The notes below the pieces were generated by a model. It ran no database searches. It had not been told where the DNA came from and worked only from the letters and a program-made list of their open reading frames with translations. A stretch of DNA of 64,000 nucleotides, taken from the IMG/VR virus record IMGVR_UViG_3300013005_000001, positions 146,303 to 210,302 of that record. One strand, 5' to 3'. The first letter of the stretch is position 1. Each line of letters opens with the position of its first letter. The position numbers were made by a program, and so were the translations under genes. Shown piece after piece: positions 1-8,748 of the stretch.

Positions 1-1
1 A

Positions 2-196
2 ATTGCTCAAGAGGTTCGTCAAGTTATTTCAGATCTTGGCAAGACTTCTATGGATTTTTCTGGATGGGGGCAACATGATCCAGATGATCCTGAATCAGAA
101 CAAACGCTGTCATATTTGGCGTTTATATCTCCTGCTATTAAGGCTATTCAAGAACTTTCTGCAAAAGTTGATGAATTAGAATCTCGTCTGGTATAA
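2..196 (+). CDS. 3' end of tail fibre/spike protein with intramolecular chaperone (Peptidase_S74-like) domain; partial
   Basis: Frame 2 reads IAQEVRQVISDLG...LSYLAFISPAIKAIQELSAKVDELESRLV*. IAQEV and the KAIQEL coiled coil are typical of the C-terminal chaperone. Not in the ORF track. Confidence 0.75.
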   Translation: MAQEVRQVISDLGKTSMDFSGWGQHDPDDPESEQTLSYLAFISPAIKAIQELSAKVDELESRLV

Positions 197-197
197 T
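189..197 (+). promoter_or_regulatory. Extended -10 promoter TGGTATAAT; possible leaderless transcript
   Basis: TGnTATAAT lies 7 nt before ATG 205, with no SD between. Confidence 0.5.
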
Positions 198-204
198 AAT
201 TACC

Positions 205-390
205 ATGAATGAATCAAATTTAGACATCAACCTTATAGTCCAATCTTTCCAGGAAAGAATTGGAGCTCTAATAACAGAAGTCGTAGTTAAAGACGCTACA
301 ATTAAGCAGCTTACTATGCAACTTCAACAAAGTCAAGACAAATCAGACGGGTTTGATATGCCCGCAGAAACTGTAAAGAGAGTAAAATAA
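205..390 (+). CDS. Small hypothetical coiled-coil protein
   Basis: 61 aa ORF; its stop overlaps the next start (TAATG). Confidence 0.7.
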   Translation: MNESNLDINLIVQSFQERIGALITEVVVKDATIKQLTMQLQQSQDKSDGFDMPAETVKRVK

Positions 391-602
391 TGACAAAGAA
401 ATCAGTATTACCAGAAGAACTGGCAGAGCAAGTAGAAGAAGCTCTTGTAGCTGAAAAGGAAATGAATATCACCATTAAGATTACTAATTCTAATCTTTCT
501 TACAAGAGTGATTTTACAGAACCAGAGACAGTTTTCTGGCTTGAAGCTATTAAAGATATTATTATCAAAAAGACATTTCAAGAGTCCGAAAGACAAAGCT
601 GA
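390..602 (+). CDS. Hypothetical protein
   Basis: 70 aa ORF coupled to the previous gene. Confidence 0.7.
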   Translation: MTKKSVLPEELAEQVEEALVAEKEMNITIKITNSNLSYKSDFTEPETVFWLEAIKDIIIKKTFQESERQS

Positions 603-664
603 ATTTAAAGTATAATAAACTGTACTATACAGTATTATCTTTAGAATTTGGAGCTGATTAGCTT

Positions 665-2335
665 ATGGCACTACGTCAATATTTACCCTTCCAGAAGTCT
701 GAGCTGTCTGAGTTTGATTTTGAATCAGCTCAGCTATCTCCAGATAAGATTGGATCACTCAGCAAAGCAATGAGGGTCGCAGCCTTTGCTTTGGGCTATC
801 GTGGCGTCAATTATTATTACACTGGAAGAACTAACTTTGAACCTTCTCCATATAACTTTGATAGAATAATACAGGCAATAGATACTGACTCGTATGTCAA
901 GCAGGCCATGGCTAAATACCAGGATCTGTTTTGGAAAGAGGGTTGGCAAATTGTTGGAGAAAATCCAGAAGCTGTAGCCTACTTATATCAGAGAATAGAC
1001 TATATGGAAATGGCTATGAGAAGGCCGTTTTTAGATTTTCTTATTGATTTATCTGATCAATTATTTAAATTTTCAAACGTATTTATAGTTAAAGCTAGAG
1101 CTGATTTAGCAGAATATTTTCCTAAGGCATTAGAGCCAGTAGGTGCTGCACAGCCAGTTGTTGGGTATTATTTGATACCAACTGAGCAGGCAAGAATCTT
1201 AAGAGATAAGCATAATAAGCCAAAAGCATATTTGCAAAGAACTAATCCAATGACGTATGCGCCTACGGACAGAGATCCTAAGTGGCCAGCTGAAAGTGTT
1301 ATACATTTATTCTTTGATAGAAAACCAGGAAGAATATTTGGTACTCCATTCTTGGCAAACGTTTTAGACGACGTTGTTGCATTGCGACAGATTGAAGAAG
1401 ATATTCAAAATTTAGTGCACAGAGAACTGTTCCCACTTTATAAGTATAGAATTGGAACAGCAGATCAACCAGCTGAGCCAGAGGAAATAGATCAAGCAGC
1501 AGTAGAGATTGAGAACCTTAGAGCTGAAGGCGGTTTAATCCTTCCATTTAGACATGACGTTGAAGTCATAGGATCTCAAAATGCAGCACTTGATGCATCA
1601 AACTACTTAAATCACTTTAAGGAAAGAGTTGCAGTAGGTCTAGGAGTTGCACCACACCACCTTGGAATGAGCATGGGCGGTGGCAATAGATCTGCTTCAG
1701 AGAGATTAGATACAGCACTATACGATAAGATTAAGCATTTCCAAAAGCAATTTGCAGAGATGGTAAGAGTAAACATTTTTAATGAAATACTATTCGAAGG
1801 TGGATTTGATCCGCTAGTTAATCCAACTGAGTCATCCATATCAGACAGATGCTACTTTAAATTTAACGAAATAGATGTTGACACTCAAGTCAAGAAAGAA
1901 ACACATATAATACAAAAGTATGTAAACTCTCTTATTACTTTGGAAGAAGCAAGAATTAAACTGGGCGAAAATCCGGAAGTTGATAATGATGATTTATTCA
2001 TGTCAGCACAAGGTAAGGTCCAAATTGACGTCGGAGCCGCACAAGCAGACACTCAAGCAAAACTTCAAACTAGCAAAGATGTTGTCAAGGATGGAGACAA
2101 ACAAACTCCAGCACCAAAGGGGCAAACAAACATGCCATCAAACAGAAAAGGTGCAGGCAATGTAATGAGACCGCAAAATCAACAGGGTAGACTAACTTCA
2201 CCCAATATTAAGAGATCAGATTCTACTTGGATTGGCATGGTTGAAAATCTTCTCGAAGAGCAGTATAATGTAGTAATAGTAGAAGAAGATCAAGAACAAC
2301 AAGAAAATGTAAATGAGGAAAAAAATGTCAATTAA
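665..2335 (+). CDS. Portal protein
   Basis: 556 aa, first large gene of the head module. Portal-like segments (VIHLFFDRKPGRIFGTPFL; GLGVAPHHLG; LITLEEARIKLG) and a low-complexity C-terminal tail. Confidence 0.8.
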   Translation: MALRQYLPFQKSELSEFDFESAQLSPDKIGSLSKAMRVAAFALGYRGVNYYYTGRTNFEPSPYNFDRIIQAIDTDSYVKQAMAKYQDLFWKEGWQIVGENPEAVAYLYQRIDYMEMAMRRPFLDFLIDLSDQLFKFSNVFIVKARADLAEYFPKALEPVGAAQPVVGYYLIPTEQARILRDKHNKPKAYLQRTNPMTYAPTDRDPKWPAESVIHLFFDRKPGRIFGTPFLANVLDDVVALRQIEEDIQNLVHRELFPLYKYRIGTADQPAEPEEIDQAAVEIENLRAEGGLILPFRHDVEVIGSQNAALDASNYLNHFKERVAVGLGVAPHHLGMSMGGGNRSASERLDTALYDKIKHFQKQFAEMVRVNIFNEILFEGGFDPLVNPTESSISDRCYFKFNEIDVDTQVKKETHIIQKYVNSLITLEEARIKLGENPEVDNDDLFMSAQGKVQIDVGAAQADTQAKLQTSKDVVKDGDKQTPAPKGQTNMPSNRKGAGNVMRPQNQQGRLTSPNIKRSDSTWIGMVENLLEEQYNVVIVEEDQEQQENVNEEKNVN

Positions 2336-2663
2336 AATAGTTTCAGATATATCAAAGCAGTATCTATTGAAAGAAGATGCTGTCGAAGGATTTAAGATAG
2401 CAGTAGAGAATGGTCAAACACGTTTGGCACTCCAAGTGTTGGTCGATATCATCGACGGAATGATGGAGATTTTTGACTACGCTATGGAAGAAGTTTCAGA
2501 AGATGACACTATTGTAGAAGTTCCAGTAGCAGTATCTGCTCCAGTTGAAAAAGCTGTTGAGATAGCAGAAGTTATTGAAGCTGTTGAAAAAGTTGAAGAT
2601 AAAAAAGTATCTCCTAAAAAAACAGCTGAAGTAAAAGAAGACTCTAAACAAACAGTAGAATAA
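2325..2663 (+). CDS. Hypothetical acidic protein
   Basis: ATG 2325 follows a GAGGA SD; E/V/K-rich C-terminus. Confidence 0.65.
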   Translation: MSIKIVSDISKQYLLKEDAVEGFKIAVENGQTRLALQVLVDIIDGMMEIFDYAMEEVSEDDTIVEVPVAVSAPVEKAVEIAEVIEAVEKVEDKKVSPKKTAEVKEDSKQTVE

Positions 2664-3424
2664 TGAAGCTAATAATAGGATGTCCAATTTATAAAAGAGA
2701 TTGGATCTTACCAATTTGGTTTGCAGCACTGGAAAGACAATCTATTCCTCTGAGTAAAATTGGTTTCATTTTTGAAACTTCACCAGACGATAAAGCAACT
2801 GTAGCAATGCTAAAGCTATGGAGACAGTATCATCCTGAAATTCCTTTATTTGAAATAAGGGAACGAAACGATATACCTCACTACAATCACGAAGACAATT
2901 CAAGACAATGGACTATTTCAAAGTATGAAAATATGGTCAATCTTAGAAACTCTCTTCTTTCAAGAGTAAGAGAACTTCAGCCTGATTATTACTTTAGTCT
3001 TGATTCTGATATAATATTAAAGAACCCAAATACATTAGAGCTACTAATCGCACATGTTGCTAATGGAGCAGACGCTGTTAGTCCTTTAATGTTTATGACT
3101 CCTTTTGATACAAATTATCCAAGCGTTATGAATTGGATAGACAAAAAAGAGTTTAGGGGCTATAGAAAAAATGAGTATCCCTTGGGAACTTACTTTAAAT
3201 CTGATATAATAATGGCAGCTAAAATGATGTCTAAACAGATTTATAATGATATTGACTATGAGGTGCACTCTCAAGGAGAGGACCTTGGTTGGTCAAAGAA
3301 CGCAGCTATAAAGGGATATTCTTTATATTGTGCAAGTTATATATATGCTGCTCACATAATGCACGAGAATCTTTTGTCCCAATTCCAACAAATGGGTGAC
3401 CAAAGAGAACTTATCACAATTTGA
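2663..3424 (+). CDS. Glycosyltransferase, GT-A fold (family 2-like)
   Basis: N-terminal IIGCPIY strand, DxD motif (FSLDSDI), GED motif (QGEDLGWS), late His (AAHIMH). Confidence 0.8.
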   Translation: MKLIIGCPIYKRDWILPIWFAALERQSIPLSKIGFIFETSPDDKATVAMLKLWRQYHPEIPLFEIRERNDIPHYNHEDNSRQWTISKYENMVNLRNSLLSRVRELQPDYYFSLDSDIILKNPNTLELLIAHVANGADAVSPLMFMTPFDTNYPSVMNWIDKKEFRGYRKNEYPLGTYFKSDIIMAAKMMSKQIYNDIDYEVHSQGEDLGWSKNAAIKGYSLYCASYIYAAHIMHENLLSQFQQMGDQRELITI

Positions 3425-3528
3425 AAACTATATAAAAATATGATATCTTTATATAAAATTGTTTAATGTTATAAAAGTAAATTACTATATATTTCAGGCA
3501 ATTGAATTATGCGTATATGGAGAACTTA

Positions 3529-5230
3529 ATGAGTTTCGATTTTATAGAAAATTTCACAGTTAAACTTCCAGATTTTTCAAAAATGGACTTTTCATTTAAG
3601 GAATCATCTGATTCTAATCAGGGCTTAATCATTGAGGTTGCAGCCATACATGAAGGTTTAACACGGAAACTATAATAACTATTCTGCAGAGGCTTTGGAA
3701 AAAGCTTTGCAGTCTTGGGTAGAGCCTTACCCCAAGCCAATCATTCTTAATCACGATCTTAACTCTGAACCTATAGGTAGAGTTATGGCAGCAAGAATGG
3801 ACAAAGAAGAAGATGGTTCATCTTTTGTTCGTTTGCAAATTGCTATTACAGATCCAGTAGCTGTACAAAAAGTTATGGACAAGAGATACTTGACAGGATC
3901 TGTTGGAGGAAGAGCTGGAAAAGCAGTTTGCTCAATCAGTGGTGATGATCTTGCTAACCTTGACGAAAGCGGAAAGCCAAAGATGGCTCGCTTTAAGAGA
4001 GGTCAAGTATACAAGGGCAAGCTTGCATTTATCGACATGCAAGATATATCGTTTAAAGAATATTCTTTTGTAAACCAGCCAGCAGACTCTAAGTCAAGCG
4101 TTAGAGCTGTTGCCACACCAGGATCAAATGCTATAACAACATCTGATTCAGAGTGGGTAGCAAGAAGCTCAGCTTTTGTTCTCAGCATGGACAAAGAGGA
4201 TATTTTCTCCGTAGAAGAGAACGAATCGCTTTTTGCTAATTTGAAAAGCAAAGAATCAAGACCACTTTACTTGCATCTAAAAGGTGCATTTCTTTCCGCT
4301 ATGGCTATACAGGAAAGCGAAAATTACATTAATACTAATGATCCATTACTATCTCATGAGAATGATAATAAAGATGTCCACGAGGAGAATCTCACTATGA
4401 ATGAAAACGTTAAGGACGAAGACATTTTGGCTACTGTAGAAGAATTAAGCCAAGATCTTTCAACACTTTCTAATACAAAAGTTGAAGAGTCACAAGATCC
4501 AGAAACAGCACCAGAGACTGAAGAAGTGGTTGAAGAAACCCCAGTTACTGATGCTCCAGAAACAGAAGAGTCAGTCAAGACTGAGCAAGATTTAGAGAAT
4601 CAAGCAGTTGATGCTCTCAAAAAGGCAAATGAAAAAATTGCTGAACTAGAAGCACAAATTGCAAAAGACTCATCGAAAGCACAAGCTACTGATGAGCAAG
4701 AGTCTACTGAAACTGTGGAAAAAACAGAAGTACCTACCGAAGAAGTGGTTGATTCTGCCAATGCCCCAGCTGAAGGAGAAACTCAAGCAACTGAAGAGTC
4801 CAATACGAATCTCACTGACGAAAAAGTAGTCTCTGAGCAAGATGTTGACGACGCTACAAAAAAACTTCAAGAGCTTGAAGAAGAAAACAAAAAACTCAAG
4901 AGCGCAATGCATAGAACTCTCGTAGAGAGAGTTGTTGATACAAAAATTGCAACTGGAATTGAGTCTCATGAACTTAGAGAAGAACTTATTGGAGATCACT
5001 TAACACGTAGTGCTTCTTCACTAGCTGATTCATTAAGAGATCTTGCAAAACTTCCAACGGTTAAATCAGCCAAGGGAACAATGCCAGAAATCAACTCTGA
5101 GCTTACTGTAATTGAGGGTGAAGACAATGTCTACACTTTAGACAAGCAGGAAGATCTAGTTCAAGAAGATGATACAAAAACTCCAGAGCAACTTTTCGTA
5201 GATGCTCTCATGGGTCGTCGTAAACTTTAA
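3529..5230 (+). CDS. Prohead protease/scaffold protein, interrupted by +1 shift at CGGA 3664-3667 (joined 566 aa)
   Basis: ATG 3529 with GGAGA SD reads MSFDFIENF...IEVAAIHEGLT, then CGG. The +1 frame continues GNYNNYSAEALEKA into ORF 3695. Protease-like motifs PIILNHD, PIGRV, YLTGSVG, EYSFVNQPAD precede an acidic coiled-coil scaffold region. Confidence 0.8.
3664..3667 (+). other. CGGA +1 recoding site 1
   Basis: In-frame CGG (codon 46). +1-frame TAA at 3659 and 0-frame TAA at 3673 confine the crossover to about four codons. Confidence 0.75.
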
Positions 5231-5253
5231 TAATAATACAAGGAGAAAATTAA

Positions 5254-6009
5254 ATGAGTTTAGCAAAATTTCGTAAAGTTGGAACCAAGACCGGATCAGG
5301 TCGCTTCGTAGTTTCTGAGGGTATTGCCCCAGCAGCTTACTTGCTCCCAAGCCAAGGTCTTCCAACATGGTACACAGACAGTGAAGACGATCGTTTTGAA
5401 ATCGTCATTCCAAAGGGAACCATTTTGTCAGTCGTTGCTAATGCAAGCGGTGATGCAATGGTAGTTCCTGCCAATGGTAGCGATGCAAGCGTTACTTGGG
5501 GCGATACAATTTCGGGCTGGAATCCATTAGCAGGTGCAACACCTAACGTTACACGTTCAGGTGACACAGTAGCGGTTGCATCTTATTCAACACCAATCGG
5601 CGTTGCCCAGTATGACCTCTACAGACCATTTGACAAAGGCACTTCACAAGGTGCTGGATTCATTACACACGGGTATGTAGAGTATCCAATGGTAACAGCA
5701 GTCAACGACGACGTAACAGTCGGTTCGCTCATTAAAGCAGACCACATGGGCCGTCCAGTTAACTTAACAACTACCTTGTGTGGTACAAATCCTTACCTTC
5801 AAGTTGGTAAGGTCATAGAGGTAGAAAAGTTTGCAACCAACTTTGATGATGGCTTGCTTTCCTACATGCAACTTCCTTCGGACCCAGGTGCTTTGAAGAC
5901 CGTATTTGAACTTACCCGTTCAGGTACCTATTCTGGCAAGCTTGGTATCCGTAGTAATTTGGATGTTACCAACGTAATTGGCGCATTCCGCGTTAATCTC
6001 ACACTTTAA
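5254..6009 (+). CDS. Capsid decoration/cement-like structural protein
   Basis: 251 aa between scaffold and major capsid gene; strong AGGAG SD; G/T/V-rich. Confidence 0.6.
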   Translation: MSLAKFRKVGTKTGSGRFVVSEGIAPAAYLLPSQGLPTWYTDSEDDRFEIVIPKGTILSVVANASGDAMVVPANGSDASVTWGDTISGWNPLAGATPNVTRSGDTVAVASYSTPIGVAQYDLYRPFDKGTSQGAGFITHGYVEYPMVTAVNDDVTVGSLIKADHMGRPVNLTTTLCGTNPYLQVGKVIEVEKFATNFDDGLLSYMQLPSDPGALKTVFELTRSGTYSGKLGIRSNLDVTNVIGAFRVNLTL

Positions 6010-6053
6010 TAAAATAAAAAAAGAAAAACACTAACAGGAGGAATAATCCTAAG

Positions 6054-7109
6054 ATGAGCAAAACAATCCAAGAGCTCCTCTCGGGTCTCCCAGCTTGGGA
6101 AGCCGCGCTGGCCGAAGACGGACACATTGACGAGAACAACAGAGTAACAATTAAGGAAGCATTTGCATCGTCAGACGCAGCTGCCCTTTTCCCTAAGGTT
6201 ATTTCACGTACTCTTAGAGAAGCAGCAGAACCACAATTATTGGTTACGCCACTTCTTTCAACAGTCCGTTTAGGAAAAGGACGCTCTTTGGAGTTTCCTG
6301 CAGTAAACGCAATTCAAGCTGCTGAGATCCCAGAAGGACAAGAATATCCAGAGCAGGCATTAGCCTTCGCAAAGCAGATTGAGGGTAAGGTATCCAAGAA
6401 GGGTGTCAAGCTTTCATTCACTGAAGAAGTCATTGCCGATTCATTATGGGACATCGTAGGTCTCCATGTAAGAGCTGCAGGACGCGCTATGGCACGTCTC
6501 AAGGAGCAGATTGCATTGAGCCGCTTTAAAGATGCTGCAACAATCGTTTTTGACAATGATGACGCAGCATATGACGACACAACCGGTCTCGGTATCGACG
6601 GCAATGCCAACGACACCATTCGTTGGGATGACGTCGTTGACATGGCAGCAGTGCTCATGGCAGAAAAGCATGTTCCTACAGACTTCATACTTCACCCATT
6701 AATGTGGTCAGTGTTCCTTAAGGACGCTATCTTCCACATGGGTGGTGCAGCATCAGCAGTTAATACCAGCTGGGGATACCGCCCTACTAACGCAGAGTCA
6801 GCACTTCAAGCAAGTGCCCCAATGGGATTGAATGTTATTGTTTCACCTTTCGTAAGCTTTACAGCTAAGAGTGGTGCAACTGCAGCTAAGTCAGATCTTT
6901 TCTTGATCGACCGCAATGAAGTAGGAACTATCCTCGTCAAGGATGACATGAGCACAGATCAGTTCGATGATCCTAGCCGTGACATTCGTCAGATGAAGAT
7001 GAAAGAGCGTTATGACATCGTAATGCTTGGTGACGGTGAGGGTATCACAGTTGCTAAGAACGTTAGACTTGCTCGCAACTACGAGGTTGGTGTGGTTAAC
7101 ACCATCTAA
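6054..7109 (+). CDS. Major capsid protein (HK97 fold)
   Basis: 351 aa, AGGAGG SD, followed by a terminator. Capsid-like segments EIPEGQEYP, KKGVKLSFTEEVIADS and FILHPLMW. Confidence 0.85.
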   Translation: MSKTIQELLSGLPAWEAALAEDGHIDENNRVTIKEAFASSDAAALFPKVISRTLREAAEPQLLVTPLLSTVRLGKGRSLEFPAVNAIQAAEIPEGQEYPEQALAFAKQIEGKVSKKGVKLSFTEEVIADSLWDIVGLHVRAAGRAMARLKEQIALSRFKDAATIVFDNDDAAYDDTTGLGIDGNANDTIRWDDVVDMAAVLMAEKHVPTDFILHPLMWSVFLKDAIFHMGGAASAVNTSWGYRPTNAESALQASAPMGLNVIVSPFVSFTAKSGATAAKSDLFLIDRNEVGTILVKDDMSTDQFDDPSRDIRQMKMKERYDIVMLGDGEGITVAKNVRLARNYEVGVVNTI

Positions 7110-7143
7110 TCTTAGGAAAGTTATAGTTACGACTATCCTAGTG

Positions 7144-7184
7144 ACAGGGGAGTGGCTTTCGAGCCACTCCTCTGTTGTTATTAT
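7144..7184 (+). terminator. Intrinsic terminator after the capsid gene
   Basis: Hairpin ACAGGGGAGTGGCT-TTCG-AGCCACTCCTCTGT followed by T-rich TGTTATTAT. Confidence 0.8.
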
Positions 7185-7234
7185 AGACTTAATTCATTAC
7201 TATCTAAGATGAATATTATAAACAGGAGATAGAT

Positions 7235-8005
7235 GTGTCGCTTCCTTTGATCGAATACGCTATTGTCGATAACAATATGGTTGTTATTAGATTTGGCAAA
7301 ACTATAAAAATTTCTAGTCTTACAAACGCTAACTTTGTAGTTCAGACAACTGACGCAACACCTTCTAATTTGGCTAATCCATTTTTGCAAATAAATACAA
7401 TTGCAGATTATAATCAAATTTCAAGAACATTAAAACTATACTGGGATACAGTTAGACAATCTGGCAAAGAATATAAAATTAGACTGACTAATTTTCTAGA
7501 TGCAGCCAATGAGTCTATTACTGAAGAGCAAATAGTATTTACTCAATCAGAATCAGCAACTCCTTCTGACTTTAATTCTTACACAGTTCCTTTAGTTCAA
7601 GAACTATTGATAGAGGATCACTCTATCAGAACAGACGCTTTTACTACCGTTCAAATTCTTGCAAAGAATCCAAGATTTTATATAACTAGTGTTGATCCAG
7701 AAAATGGAGAATTCTATTTAGATAATGCATATAATAACGGAAGAGTAATTATATCGTTTAGCTCTAGACCTGCAAGCAACTTTCTAAATAATTCCTACTT
7801 TAAAGTTCAAAGAAAGAAAATTCAAAACCAGCCAGCAAGATGGCAGAATCTATCAGCTAATGTATCAATGCATTCTTGGAAGCCAGAAGTTTATGTAGAC
7901 TTCCCATCTCTTGATGCTACGCCGTCATATTATTCAGATAACAAAGACTATTTTGAAACAGGATATAAATATAGAATTATAGTTTCTAAAGATATAGGCA
8001 TTTAA
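7235..8005 (+). CDS. Virion structural protein, probably Ig-like domains
   Basis: 256 aa, GTG start after AGGAG; two beta-rich halves ending YKIRL and YRIIV; three xATPS motifs. Confidence 0.55.
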   Translation: MSLPLIEYAIVDNNMVVIRFGKTIKISSLTNANFVVQTTDATPSNLANPFLQINTIADYNQISRTLKLYWDTVRQSGKEYKIRLTNFLDAANESITEEQIVFTQSESATPSDFNSYTVPLVQELLIEDHSIRTDAFTTVQILAKNPRFYITSVDPENGEFYLDNAYNNGRVIISFSSRPASNFLNNSYFKVQRKKIQNQPARWQNLSANVSMHSWKPEVYVDFPSLDATPSYYSDNKDYFETGYKYRIIVSKDIGI

Positions 8006-8006
8006 A

Positions 8007-8417
8007 GTGGCTAATTTTATATATGGAAAAGCAAAACAATCTTTATTAAATGGTGAATTTAATATTGTTTCTGACTCATTAAAAGTTCTTTTAGTTACAG
8101 ACTCTTATGTTCCCAATCAAAATACTGATCAGTTTGTTTCTAATATTTCCGCTTCTCACATAAGGCAAAGAACTTCTTCGTTAACTAATGTAACCAATGT
8201 TCTGGGTGTGATCGATGCTGACAATGTATCAGTCGCAGATTATGGTGGATTACCGTTTAAAGCTTTAATTATTTACAAAGATTCTGGCACTGATTCAACA
8301 TCTAGACTTTTAGCATACATAGATACTGCAACTGGCATACCTTTTTTAGGAATAAATGCAACAACAGATATTACTATAAACTGGAGCAATGGCTCAAATA
8401 AAATTATATCTTTATAA
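8007..8417 (+). CDS. Putative structural protein
   Basis: 136 aa (MANFIYGKAK...LKVLLV...LLAYID...ITINW) within the head/fibre module. Confidence 0.55.
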   Translation: MANFIYGKAKQSLLNGEFNIVSDSLKVLLVTDSYVPNQNTDQFVSNISASHIRQRTSSLTNVTNVLGVIDADNVSVADYGGLPFKALIIYKDSGTDSTSRLLAYIDTATGIPFLGINATTDITINWSNGSNKIISL

Positions 8418-8428
8418 AGGTACACAAT

Positions 8429-8746
8429 ATGGCAACTAGTTATCCAAGTTCTTTAGACAACTTTATAAATCCTACAGCAACAGATAGTTTAAGTTCTGGA
8501 GTAGTGCCTCATGCAGAGCAACACGCCAATCTTAATGATGCTATAGAAGCAGTGCAAACTGTTCTTGGAATCCTTCCAGCTGGCAGTTTTTTAACAATTA
8601 AAGACAGAATTGCTGCGTCAGAAGCTCTAAACGGCATGAGTGACGTTACTATTAGTTCTGTTGCTAATGGTGATGTACTAAGGTACAACGGATCAAAATG
8701 GTCTAATTATGGCGAGAATAATCTTACCGATGGAGGAAACTTTTAA
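8429..8746 (+). CDS. Short fibre adaptor-like protein
   Basis: 105 aa; SDVTIS..NGDVLRYNGSKW motif shared with the 11810 protein; ends DGGNF. Confidence 0.55.
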   Translation: MATSYPSSLDNFINPTATDSLSSGVVPHAEQHANLNDAIEAVQTVLGILPAGSFLTIKDRIAASEALNGMSDVTISSVANGDVLRYNGSKWSNYGENNLTDGGNF

Positions 8747-8748
8747 AA

